Origin: a virus
Virus record (IMG/VR): IMGVR_UViG_3300045996_000340
Location: 1-43,692 of that record
Length of the DNA: 43,692 bases
Reading direction: 5' to 3' (one strand)
Shown here: positions 13,440 through 20,816 of the stretch, in pieces
How positions within the stretch are numbered: the first letter of the stretch is position 1
How the letters are laid out: each line of letters opens with the position of its first letter
Position numbers and translations under genes: made by a program
Notes under the pieces: model-generated
Database searches by the model: none
What the model was told of the DNA's origin: nothing
Seen by the model: the letters and a program-made list of their open reading frames with translations, nothing else

Positions 13440-14465
13440 TTAGTTTGCTTCGAGGGCCTGAACCGCAGCCAGGAGGTTGGCCGGTGCCAGGTGCGCGTAG
13501 CGCATGGTGACCTGGATCGTCTTGTGACCCATCCACTCCTGGACCACCTTCAGGGGCACGCTGCGCTGGACCAGGCGGCTGGCGCAGGTGTGGCGCAGGG
13601 CGTGGGGCACGAACTGCTTGTCCTCGCCAAGCCCCATGGTCACCTTCGCCCGGTCCCATGGGCGGCGCAGCCAGTCGTGGTTGTAGGGGAACAGCCTGGG
13701 GCCGGAGCCGTAGGCGCCATAGGCAGCTGCGTGCATGCGGCGCTTGATCACCTCGTAGGCGCGCTTGGTCAGCGGCACCGAGCGAGGGTGGTCGGCCTTG
13801 TTCTCCCACACATGCAGGAGCCGCTGCTTTTGGTCGACGTCGCGCACCGTCAGGCGGAACAGCTCGCCGACCCGGAGCCCGGTGTCGATCAGCACAGTGA
13901 CGGCATCGACGTGATCCGGCAGGGACCACTGCTCCAGCAGCCCGAGCAGGGAGCGCTCCTCGTCCGCCGTGAGGTAGCGGATGCGGCCGACCCCCTCCCG
14001 CAGGCGGGGCAGCTTGGGCTTGTAGCTCAGCCCCCGACGATCGACGGCCACGGTCAGGACCTTGGACAGGGCGGCCAGCTTCCGGTTGATGGTGCCGTTG
14101 GCCAGCCCCTCGTCCTTGAGCGCCTGCACGTACTCGTCGAGGGCGTCGGTGGTGATCCGGTCGAGCTTCGTGTCGGCGCCGAAGTGGTCGAGCGCTGTCT
14201 GCGCGTTGACCTGGGCGGTGTGCCCTCCTCGGGTGTCAGCCCAGGCCACACGCAGGGTGGTGTCGAGCGCCCGCTGGAGGGTCCAGACCTCGAAGGCGGG
14301 GGCCGAAGGCTCGCCTGCCTTCAGCTCCCGTTGCTTCGCGATGGCCTCTTCGAGAGAGTGGCAGGTTGCAGTCTGGCGGGTGGGACCGGCACCTACCGAG
14401 ACGAGGTAGCTGTCGCCTCGGACACGAATGCCTCGGGGAAGTCGGATGCCGGCGACGACAGCCAT
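13440..14465 (-). CDS. int: Tyrosine recombinase / phage integrase
   Basis: Internal ATG MAVVAGIRLP.... Catalytic residues in TGLRVGE (R), HALRHTCAS (H-x-x-R) and MGHKTIQVTMRYAH (H...Y). There is an N-terminal SAM-like core-binding region. Confidence 0.9.
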   Translation of the reverse strand: MAVVAGIRLPRGIRVRGDSYLVSVGAGPTRQTATCHSLEEAIAKQRELKAGEPSAPAFEVWTLQRALDTTLRVAWADTRGGHTAQVNAQTALDHFGADTKLDRITTDALDEYVQALKDEGLANGTINRKLAALSKVLTVAVDRRGLSYKPKLPRLREGVGRIRYLTADEERSLLGLLEQWSLPDHVDAVTVLIDTGLRVGELFRLTVRDVDQKQRLLHVWENKADHPRSVPLTKRAYEVIKRRMHAAAYGAYGSGPRLFPYNHDWLRRPWDRAKVTMGLGEDKQFVPHALRHTCASRLVQRSVPLKVVQEWMGHKTIQVTMRYAHLAPANLLAAVQALEAN

Positions 14466-14830
14466 GCTGCGGTCTCCTCGATAGCGGGCGGTGCGGTGAG
14501 GGCCTCGTCGGAGGCTGCCTCGATTGTGGCAGTGGCCGCAGTGACTGCCATGAGGGCAGCCGCTGAAGCCTTCGGCATGGCAGGCATCAGGGACGACAGG
14601 GATGTCAGGGCCGACGCCTCGCACCAGACGAAGGTGAACGCTGCGGCGGCCGTGCTAGTAGCCTGGCGCGCGATGCGCCGGGCACTGGTTGCGATCAGGT
14701 GGAGGCGGCCGACCCACACGAACAGCTCGCCGTCCTCACGGTAGGCGTCGATGAACCGTCTCCCCCGGTTAGTGGGGTACTCGGCGAAGAGGGCGCCGAG
14801 ATTACGGATCTCCTTGTAGATCGAGAACAT
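14393..14830 (-). CDS. Hypothetical protein (145 aa) with an Ala/Thr-rich C-terminal half; overlaps the integrase start by 73 nt
   Basis: ORF track. The start lies 1 nt after the MarR-like gene stop codon (translational coupling). No motif was recognised. Confidence 0.4.
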   Translation of the reverse strand: MFSIYKEIRNLGALFAEYPTNRGRRFIDAYREDGELFVWVGRLHLIATSARRIARQATSTAAAAFTFVWCEASALTSLSSLMPAMPKASAAALMAVTAATATIEAASDEALTAPPAIEETAAWLSSPASDFPEAFVSEATATSSR

Positions 14831-14831
14831 C

Positions 14832-15182
14832 CTAGCTTTCCCCTTGTGCGATCGCCATCAGGCGATCTTTGAGTTGCTTGCCCCTCGGTGTAAGCGTCAC
14901 GATCTTGCGGCGCCGCTCGTAGGGGTCCTCAGTTGCCTTCACCAAGTCCAGACCCGGCTTCCGCAGCCGGTGTATTTTGCTCAGCGCCGAGACGTTCCTC
15001 GACATCGTCGACTGAGCCACGCCGAGGGCATCCGCAATGTCCTTCATCGTGCAGCCCTCATGCACCACGATGTAGAGGAAGGTGTTGACGGTCTGCGAGG
15101 GCAGCTCCTGGTCGAGCTTCCTGAACTCCTCGATGGCCTTGAACATCCTGTAGATGGGGGCGGTCCCATTCGTCTTCGCCAT
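14832..15182 (-). CDS. MarR-family winged-helix transcriptional regulator (candidate lysogeny or island regulator)
   Basis: LPSQTVNTFLYIVVHEGCTMKDIADALGVAQSTMSRNVSALSK...DPYERRRKIVTLTPRGKQL is a typical MarR wHTH plus wing. Confidence 0.8.
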   Translation of the reverse strand: MAKTNGTAPIYRMFKAIEEFRKLDQELPSQTVNTFLYIVVHEGCTMKDIADALGVAQSTMSRNVSALSKIHRLRKPGLDLVKATEDPYERRRKIVTLTPRGKQLKDRLMAIAQGES

Positions 15183-15244
15183 GTGACCCTCCGGGGGTGG
15201 GTGTGTCGCTCGTTCTGTCAGGTAGTCAGTCTGTCATCGGTTGG

Positions 15245-15260
15245 CAAGAGGTAACTCTTG
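15245..15260. promoter_or_regulatory. Perfect palindrome CAAGAG-GTAA-CTCTTG upstream of the MarR-like gene (candidate operator)
   Basis: Read directly, 63 nt upstream of ATG 15182. Function is inferred only. Confidence 0.25.
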
Positions 15261-15420
15261 AGGTTCCGCAACAGCCTCACTGACGACGTTCGTTCTTACC
15301 CCGTACTCTCCCAAGGTCCGCCGGCTCCGACGCTCAGAGCCAGCGGATTTCCTTCCACCGAGCATCTATGTGCTCATTCTGTGGGCACTGTTTGAGAGGT
15401 GCGTCAGGCTGCCGCACCGA

Positions 15421-15912
15421 TCATGCTGAGAAGCGCTCTGCGAGTATCTCTTGGGGGTAACAGTTGACCTCCTGGATGCCTTCTTCACGCAGGAAGCGAG
15501 GCGCCTCGACCTTGTAGACCGGCCGGCCGACCCGAGCGCAGGCGTGCTTGAGCGCCCAGCCATCCCGCATGGTGGCCTCGGCGGTCAGGTCCATCATGTC
15601 CAGCTCGGCGGGGAAGTGCTTGGCCATGTAGCCGAGCACCGTGTCGTAGTCGATGTACGGGATCGGCGAGATGAAGTCTCGGGCGGGGCGCCCGTGGATC
15701 AGCTGCTCCTCGACGACCTCCGGGTCGCTGCCGTCCGTCGTGAAGCCGGGGTAGCGCTCGACCTTGGGCGAGGCGCTCGGCTCAGGCGTGGCGGCGACCA
15801 TCAGGTGGGTGATGGCGATGCCCGTCAGGGCGGTCGCCTTGTGGTAGTCGCCGGCCAGGGCCGCCTCGGTGGCCTGGGTCAGGCAGCGGGCGGCGTTGAC
15901 GCCGTGGCTCAT
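15421..15912 (-). CDS. Hypothetical early protein (163 aa)
   Basis: Internal ATG MSHGVNAARCL... preceded by GGAGAG. No motif was recognised. Confidence 0.55.
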   Translation of the reverse strand: MSHGVNAARCLTQATEAALAGDYHKATALTGIAITHLMVAATPEPSASPKVERYPGFTTDGSDPEVVEEQLIHGRPARDFISPIPYIDYDTVLGYMAKHFPAELDMMDLTAEATMRDGWALKHACARVGRPVYKVEAPRFLREEGIQEVNCYPQEILAERFSA

Positions 15913-16181
15913 GTGGGCTCTCCGATGGTGGTGGTCAGAACGGCGGAGGTGAGGACAGCTTCGCGCTCGGCCTCGTACCTGTCGTAGGAGCCAAGGCACA
16001 GGCGCTCGGCCGCTTCCCGGAGGACGATGGCGGCTGCTTTCGGGCTGGACCGGGACCGTCAGAGGCTTGTCTCATGGGGCGTAAAATGCAATGACTGGTG
16101 GGCTTCGGAAGCCGCAAGCGGGGGAAATCCCAGTTTGGACGGTATGCCAACAGCCGACATCTGGCCATTAGCTGGGAGCAC

Positions 16182-16793
16182 ATGCCAATGACTACTCGCC
16201 GGGTCTTAGACTTAACTGTTTTCTGCTGTCTCGCGGCCGTCACCTTTTATTGCCATGACGCTAAGGCTGAAGAAGACCAACTGACCGGTTGCCTGCGAAA
16301 TGGTCGGCTTACACAGCTCCAGCTTGGCGACGAACCTCTACGCTCGGAATGTCCCCGCAAAAGCGAGCAGGTGACGATTGGCGCATCGGCTTTTGAAACT
16401 CCGTTCTCCGTCGCCATGACAGTAAGTGATCCCGATATCGTGGTCGGGAAGAATGGCCCGCTTGAAGTGGTCGCGCGGTGTTTTCCTTCGCCCGCTTCCG
16501 GCCTGCCGCGCTCGCGGTTACTCATACGCAGCAGCGTCGACGACTGGGCGATAACGCAAGCGATCGACCCAACCCGCAACGGCTTGTTCGACCTACCGGC
16601 AGGTGAGCAGCCGATTACCGGGACCACAACCTCGGCTCCCGCGATCGGGCTCGCGGGGGGTGTCTCGGCTATCGCGCCCGTTGGATCGGTGCTCACGGTG
16701 GATAACGTACTGATCGCGATGCACATCCTCGCCGGCTTCGACTGCGTCATGACCGGCGTGGTTACGGAGATCAAGGTTCCCATCGAGCCGTGA
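16182..16793 (+). CDS. Exported protein (signal peptide), plus-strand moron in the early region
   Basis: MPMTTRRVLDLTVFCCLAAVTFYCHDAKA / EEDQ.... GGGAG lies 4 nt upstream. Visibly lower G+C and different codon usage than neighbours. Opposite strand to the phage backbone. Confidence 0.6.
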   Translation: MPMTTRRVLDLTVFCCLAAVTFYCHDAKAEEDQLTGCLRNGRLTQLQLGDEPLRSECPRKSEQVTIGASAFETPFSVAMTVSDPDIVVGKNGPLEVVARCFPSPASGLPRSRLLIRSSVDDWAITQAIDPTRNGLFDLPAGEQPITGTTTSAPAIGLAGGVSAIAPVGSVLTVDNVLIAMHILAGFDCVMTGVVTEIKVPIEP

Positions 16794-16913
16794 GGATCTG
16801 GTCACTCGCGGGGTGCGGTAGCGGTAGGGCTCGGACGGACCGCTCGGCTTGACCGGGCGCCAGATCATGGTGTTGCCTTCGCGGACCAGGACGTGAACCT
16901 CGAAGGCTTCCAT
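16593..16913 (-). CDS. Hypothetical early ORF whose 3' two-thirds run antisense through the moron (possibly truncated or fused by the insertion)
   Basis: ATG 3 nt after the stop of 16917..17111. The first ~40 aa look protein-like. The remainder (inside 16182..16793 antisense) is Arg/Asp/Gly-rich. Confidence 0.25.
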   Translation of the reverse strand: MEAFEVHVLVREGNTMIWRPVKPSGPSEPYRYRTPRVTRSSRLDGNLDLRNHAGHDAVEAGEDVHRDQYVIHREHRSNGRDSRDTPREPDRGSRGCGPGNRLLTCR

Positions 16914-16916
16914 GGG

Positions 16917-17111
16917 TCAGGCCTCCACGCTGTAGACGGTGCCGTTGTCACGGACGCCGAGCCCGCAGATGTCGAGCGCCTCGACCAGTTCCTCGCGGGT
17001 GTGGAACAGGCGCTTGCCGCGCTGGAAGCGGTCGAGCGTCAGGATTTCGGTGCCTCCGACCACGACGCACCAAGCATCGTTGGCGGACAGGTAGCGGACG
17101 CGGATGCTCAT
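16917..17111 (-). CDS. Hypothetical small early protein (64 aa)
   Basis: ORF track, with balanced composition. Confidence 0.5.
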   Translation of the reverse strand: MSIRVRYLSANDAWCVVVGGTEILTLDRFQRGKRLFHTREELVEALDICGLGVRDNGTVYSVEA

Positions 17112-17182
17112 GGTGATCTCCTGAGCGGGTGAGCCTCAAAGGGAAGCGTCCCGTCTCACTCGCGGCGCTCTGCCTTCGGTGC

Positions 17183-17368
17183 TCAGGTCCGGTGGAAGGT
17201 GGCCCAATCGTCGTTGGCCCAGGCGCGCGCCTTGATGGCGAGCCGCAGGCAGGACGCCGCGGTCATCAGGGCAGGCACCGGGCTGCGCCCATCCTGACGA
17301 GCCTCGATGGCGCGTCGCATGGCGTCGGCGGCGCGGCCCGGGTAGTGGGACACGGGCAGGAACAGCAT
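17183..17368 (-). CDS. Hypothetical small early protein (61 aa)
   Basis: Internal ATG MLFLPVSHYPG..., 2 nt after the stop of 17371..17541. Confidence 0.4.
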   Translation of the reverse strand: MLFLPVSHYPGRAADAMRRAIEARQDGRSPVPALMTAASCLRLAIKARAWANDDWATFHRT

Positions 17369-17370
17369 GG

Positions 17371-17541
17371 TCAGGTCTCCGGGAGGTAGCGGTGCAGGTT
17401 GGGGCCGACGTAGGCGTGTGGGTCGGCGAGCAGCGCCGCGGCGATGTAGGCGAGTAGGGCCGCGAGGCGGGCCGAGTAGCCGAAGTCGTAGGCCTGCCGC
17501 TCGACAGGCAGGCCGGTGGTGGGTGGGTTGTAGCCGGACAT
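17371..17541 (-). CDS. Hypothetical small early protein (56 aa)
   Basis: Internal ATG MSGYNPPTTG... overlapping the upstream stop (TGATG). Confidence 0.45.
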   Translation of the reverse strand: MSGYNPPTTGLPVERQAYDFGYSARLAALLAYIAAALLADPHAYVGPNLHRYLPET

Positions 17542-17822
17542 CAGTGAGCCCTCCGGCGGCGACCCGCGGCGGTGCGCCACGTGCGGGAGCCCTCGGGGCG
17601 GTACTGCGCGCGCTTCTCGGTGCCGCACATGCGGGCGACGATCTGCCCGACCGTGCCGGGGCCGGCGGCGAGCGCATCCCAGCGTGCCATGATCAGCTCG
17701 CCGGTGATCGCCTCGAATGACCGGTTGGTGGTCCCCAGCGGGTGGCCGGCAGCGCTCTCGCGGGCGATCCTGGTGGTCACCTCGTCGGTCACGAGCGCGC
17801 GGAAGGTCTCGGCGTATGCCAT
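17541..17822 (-). CDS. Hypothetical early protein (93 aa)
   Basis: ORF track. A motif copy lies 19 nt upstream. Confidence 0.55.
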   Translation of the reverse strand: MAYAETFRALVTDEVTTRIARESAAGHPLGTTNRSFEAITGELIMARWDALAAGPGTVGQIVARMCGTEKRAQYRPEGSRTWRTAAGRRRRAH

Positions 17823-17839
17823 GGTGGAACTCCTGGCGG

Positions 17840-17856
17840 AATGGATTGGTCAGTCG
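17840..17856 (-). promoter_or_regulatory. Motif copy CGACTGACCAATCCATT (degenerate) overlapping the stop of 17850..18611
   Basis: CTGACCTATCCACC family. Confidence 0.3.
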
Positions 17857-18611
17857 ACGACGAAGCCGGTGGTGTCGGCCTTGGCCTTGCCCTTGGCCTT
17901 GAGCCCGACCACGACGCCGCGGTCATCCGCAAAGCGAAGGTCGCTCTCGTCGCCGTTGACCACCGGGTGGCCCATGAAGGTCTCGGGCAGGGCATTGCGG
18001 AATACCGCGGCCACATTCCAGCCCATGGCCAAGGCCTCGGCGGAGCGATCGGCCGCGGCCGGATCGTCCGAGTAGCTGTAGGTGAGCGAGTAGTTGGCCG
18101 GCAGGTTGGCGCGCTTGCTGGGGATGTGCTTGGTGTAGTCGTAGAAGGTCACGTCCGGGAACAGCGCCATGATGTTGGCATAGTCCTGGATCACCATTGC
18201 CGGCATCTTTGGGAACGCGGCCAGCAGGGTCTCGCGAGAGATGGTGACCCGCTCCCACAGAATGTCGGACGTGCCGTTCAGGCGGACCACAGGCTCGAAG
18301 CCCTCGCGGCGGGTCTTGGCGACGAAGCGCGTGATCTCGCCGATCAGTTGCGCCATGAAGGCGTCGCGGTTGCGGAAGTAGAACTGCGTCTTGGCAATGC
18401 GCGCCCTCTCGATCGCCTTGAAGACGCCAGCCCGGCCGGCAGTGTTCAGGCAGGCAGCGGCACAGCCCTTGCTGGCCATCGGGCAGACCTGGAAGCCCGA
18501 CAGCTTGACGGGCGCCAAGTAGAGGATGGCCGTCTTGAAGCCCTTGGCCTGTCCTTTGACCGTCTTGGCGTTGGCGTCCAGGTTCAAGAGGCGACCGGGA
18601 TAGCGTTCCAT
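17850..18611 (-). CDS. Conserved-looking early protein (253 aa) with Cys cluster CPMASKGCAAAC
   Basis: ORF track. LNLDANAKTVKGQAKGFKTAILYLAPVKLSGFQVCPMASKGCAAACLNTAGR looks like a folded enzyme-type domain. No function could be assigned by eye. Confidence 0.7.
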   Translation of the reverse strand: MERYPGRLLNLDANAKTVKGQAKGFKTAILYLAPVKLSGFQVCPMASKGCAAACLNTAGRAGVFKAIERARIAKTQFYFRNRDAFMAQLIGEITRFVAKTRREGFEPVVRLNGTSDILWERVTISRETLLAAFPKMPAMVIQDYANIMALFPDVTFYDYTKHIPSKRANLPANYSLTYSYSDDPAAADRSAEALAMGWNVAAVFRNALPETFMGHPVVNGDESDLRFADDRGVVVGLKAKGKAKADTTGFVVD

Positions 18612-18629
18612 GGTGTCACCTTGTGGCAG

Positions 18630-18646
18630 GGTGGATTGATCGGCTC
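18630..18646 (-). promoter_or_regulatory. Motif copy GAGCCGATCAATCCACC, 18 nt upstream of ATG 18611
   Basis: CTGACCTATCCACC family. Confidence 0.35.
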
Positions 18647-18696
18647 ATAGCGGCGGCCATCGTGCGTGGCACCGCGCGGATGCCACGAGGCGATGA

Positions 18697-18792
18697 TCAC
18701 CCGAGGTAGGCGAGGACGGGCGCCCACAGGCAGACAGCGGCGAGCGCCCATGTGATCGGCGAGGATGCGAGGCTGGCGGCGAGCTTGCGCAT
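18697..18792 (-). CDS. Possible 31-aa membrane peptide (MRKLAASLASSPITWALAAVCLWAPVLAYLG)
   Basis: Hand translation. The ATG lies 1 nt after the stop of 18794..18937. It has a hydrophobic core. Below the ORF-track cut-off. Confidence 0.3.
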   Translation of the reverse strand: MRKLAASLASSPITWALAAVCLWAPVLAYLG

Positions 18793-18793
18793 G

Positions 18794-18937
18794 TCAGTTG
18801 GCCGGCCGGAGGATGCGCCCGCGGAAGGCGGCGCGGCGCTCGGCTTGCCGAAGCTCGGCAATGGCCAGCTGGCGGATTTCTTCGGCCCAAGCCTCGCGAG
18901 CGTTGGCGTTGGCAGTCGCGACAGGGTGCTCGTTCAT
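18794..18937 (-). CDS. Hypothetical small early protein (47 aa)
   Basis: Internal ATG MNEHPVATANANAREAW... preceded by GGAG. The ATG overlaps the upstream stop (ATGA). Confidence 0.4.
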   Translation of the reverse strand: MNEHPVATANANAREAWAEEIRQLAIAELRQAERRAAFRGRILRPAN

Positions 18938-19134
18938 GGCATACTCCAATAGTTGGCGTTGAGGATACAGCAGGACAAAGCGATGGCGACGATGGCGAAC
19001 ATCGCGACCAGCGCAGTTGTCGGGCACGTGGCGAAGTGCCAGAAGGCGCAGACATTGCGCCAGCGGCGCGGCTGGATTGGCTCAGGGCAGAGCACGGTGG
19101 TTGTCCTGTAAGGTTGGCTCAATCTGGCCACCAA
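18934..19134 (-). CDS. Possible first early ORF with one TM segment (start uncertain)
   Basis: The ORF track gives a TTG start and no clear SD. The only support is the ATGA coupling to the next gene and the hydrophobic stretch ALVAMFAIVAIALSCCIL. Confidence 0.25.
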   Translation of the reverse strand: MVARLSQPYRTTTVLCPEPIQPRRWRNVCAFWHFATCPTTALVAMFAIVAIALSCCILNANYWSMP

Positions 19135-19693
19135 TGGCGAACTTGACGCGCTCGCGCTTCGATGCCCGCCGAACCGGTGTAGGCGGCATGGTGACCAGAT
19201 TGAGACAACCTTGCGGCAACCCGCGCCGCTGGCATTGTGGCGAGCTACTTGACGTAGCGGCCGATTGGCGAGCGTTGCGGGTTGCCGTAGGTGTCTGTTT
19301 GGCTAGGTGCCCGGATCATGCGAGCCACAAGGCCCATCCTTGCGGCAAATCCGGTGTCTCCGACGTCGCTACTTGGCCCATGGGATGGCGCCTTTGGCGA
19401 TGGCCTAGTGTTCCCCTAGCGGAACACTTTGGGTTAAGCTGGGCAAGCCTGCCCCATCCCTACGGGCTTCTAACCCGCCGCCCTAGTCAGCTGCTGCTGA
19501 CCACAGACGCTTGAGAACCAGGATGGGCGTTCTCTTGCACCGGCCCACGATCGCACCGTGAGCACTGGCATATCCAGCTTCGCGACCCCTTCCGGGCATG
19601 TCGGGCTGCCATCGGCAGCTCTGGGCTGGACCCGCCGGCCCGGTTGTCTTCCCGGTCCGGTCAACCGCGTCTCGTTAGATGTTGACTACGCGG

Positions 19694-19722
19694 AATGTAT
19701 GACCGCGGGCGACAGTTGTCAC
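19694..19722 (-). promoter_or_regulatory. Candidate host sigma70-type early promoter (GTGACA-N17-TACATT) with an upstream A-tract
   Basis: Minus strand CATCAAAAAACCTCGTGACAACTGTCGCCCGCGGTCATACATT. It is the only AT-rich patch in the region and faces the early genes. The host is unknown, so this is weak. Confidence 0.25.
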
Positions 19723-19983
19723 GAGGTTTTTTGATGGTGCGACACTTTTCTGTTTTTGGCCACGGTTCCTGCCCGGTTGAGGTTGACCGTTGTCGCACCC
19801 TTGGCCAGCCTTGACGCATTGACCCGCGCGCAGCCGCTACGTGTGCCTGCGTGGATGCGTGCGCGTGCGGTCTTGGCCTCGACGCGGGCGCGCGGGCGTG
19901 GGCGTGGCGTGGGCGTGCGGCGCGGCCGGCCGGCGTTCCCTTGTGGGCAAGCGCGCGCCGCGGGCTGGCTGTCAAGCCCTATC

Positions 19984-20009
19984 GTGACCCCTTGACGTGA
20001 CCCCTTGCG
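19984..20009. repeat. Tandem 13-mer x2 (gtgaccccttgac / gtgaccccttgcg)
   Basis: Read directly. Confidence 0.85.
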
Positions 20010-20080
20010 GCCGGGCTTGCCGGGCTCGCGTGCGTGGGCGAGCGCGAGGCGTGGGCGTGCGGTCTGTCCTCGGGCTTGCG

Positions 20081-20119
20081 TTGGGTGGCCACGTTGGGTG
20101 GCAACGTCGGGTGGCCAGC
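20081..20119. repeat. Tandem 13-mer x3 (ttgggtggccacg / ttgggtggcaacg / tcgggtggccagc)
   Basis: Read directly. Confidence 0.85.
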
Positions 20120-20285
20120 CCTCGGAACACAGATACAGGGGATCAAACGGTCGACTGGCCAACCTTGCGCGTGCGTGCGCGGCGCCCGAGGCGTGCGTGC
20201 GTGGCGCTGGCGCGTGCGCCCGGGCGGTGTCGGCAGATCTATGATCTGTCGCAACCCTAGGCTTTCCGCGGGTTACAGCCCGCCG

Positions 20286-20305
20286 TGTTGCGTGTCGTGT
20301 TGCGT
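20286..20305 (-). repeat. ACGCAACA x2 on the minus strand (tandem 12-nt period)
   Basis: gtgttgcgtgtc gtgttgcgtgtg on the plus strand. It is the same 8-mer as beside the tRNA. Confidence 0.6.
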
Positions 20306-20448
20306 GTGGTGCGCGCGGGTGGGTGGGCAGGCACGGTTTTCCTCGCGTGCGCGGGTGCCCGCCCCCACGGGGGGAAACGGAGACCGATGCCCTTGCGGAT
20401 GCCCACTCGGGTGAGCACACCAAAACATCCGGGGTTGCCCCTGGTCGA

Positions 20449-20582
20449 CCGAGCGAGCGAAGCGAGGAGGGAGACCAGGGGGAGGAGAACCAGGAGGGGG
20501 AAGGACTGAGGAGGGGGGATCAGTAGAGGGTGGGGAGCCAGAAGGCTCACACTACGTACCGAGGAGGAGGCTGGGAGGAAAC
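20449..20582. repeat. Strand-asymmetric purine (G/A) tract on the plus strand with GGAGG/GAGGAGG iterations
   Basis: gagcgagcgaagcgaggagggagaccagggggaggagaaccaggagggggaaggactgaggagggggg...gaggaggaggctgggaggaa, read directly. Confidence 0.8.
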
Positions 20583-20598
20583 CTAACGCTACTACGAG

Positions 20599-20626
20599 AG
20601 GTACCCCCTCGCAGGTACCCCCTCCT
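20599..20626. repeat. Tandem 14-mer x2 (aggtaccccctcgc / aggtaccccctcct) with an inverted partial copy at 20649-20657
   Basis: Read directly. Confidence 0.8.
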
Positions 20627-20725
20627 GTCTGTCCTCGGGTCTGACATCGAGGGGTACATCAGGGGGAGACCCTCCACTACACCACCTCAGAGGCTAGGAC
20701 CTATAGGGTGTGACCCTGGGAGAGG

Positions 20726-20748
20726 GGTTGAGTGAGGGGGTAAATCGC
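20726..20748 (-). promoter_or_regulatory. Candidate phage-RNAP promoter P2 (GCGATTTACCCCCTCACTCAACC)
   Basis: Its 17-nt core is identical to P3. It sits at the edge of the non-coding region, comparable to T7 phiOL/phiOR. Confidence 0.55.
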
Positions 20749-20772
20749 ACCCACGCCAGATCAAGCACTTAG

Positions 20773-20800
20773 CTCCCCCCGGTTTGGGGGCCGGAGGGAG
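20773..20800 (-). terminator. Stem-loop after the last late gene (10-bp stem CTCCCTCCGG/CCGGGGGGAG with one G:U, 8-nt loop)
   Basis: Read directly. It lies 17 nt after the stop at 20817 and 25 nt before P2. There is no clean U-tract. Confidence 0.4.
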
Positions 20801-20816
20801 CCAGCAGTGGGTGGTC

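Larger units (their letters stand above)
19135..20816. other. 1.7 kb non-coding, repeat-dense region: candidate physical genome ends, early promoter and origin region
   Basis: Only Arg/Ala/Pro-rich shadow ORFs are present. It is dense in short tandem and dispersed repeats and hairpins and has a strand-asymmetric purine tract. It lies between the last late gene and the first early genes, as in T7. Confidence 0.7.

Noticed and set aside
19719-20423. A 234-aa minus-strand ORF, with overlapping ORFs, in the 19.1-20.8 kb region
   Set aside because: The composition is extremely Arg/Ala/Pro-rich, there is no SD, and it runs through arrays of short DNA repeats. It is treated as non-coding.
19890-20630. 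A possible CRISPR array, because of many short GC-rich repeats
   Set aside because: The repeats are 11-14 nt, of several unrelated families, irregularly spaced or directly tandem, with no constant repeat/spacer periodicity and no cas genes.
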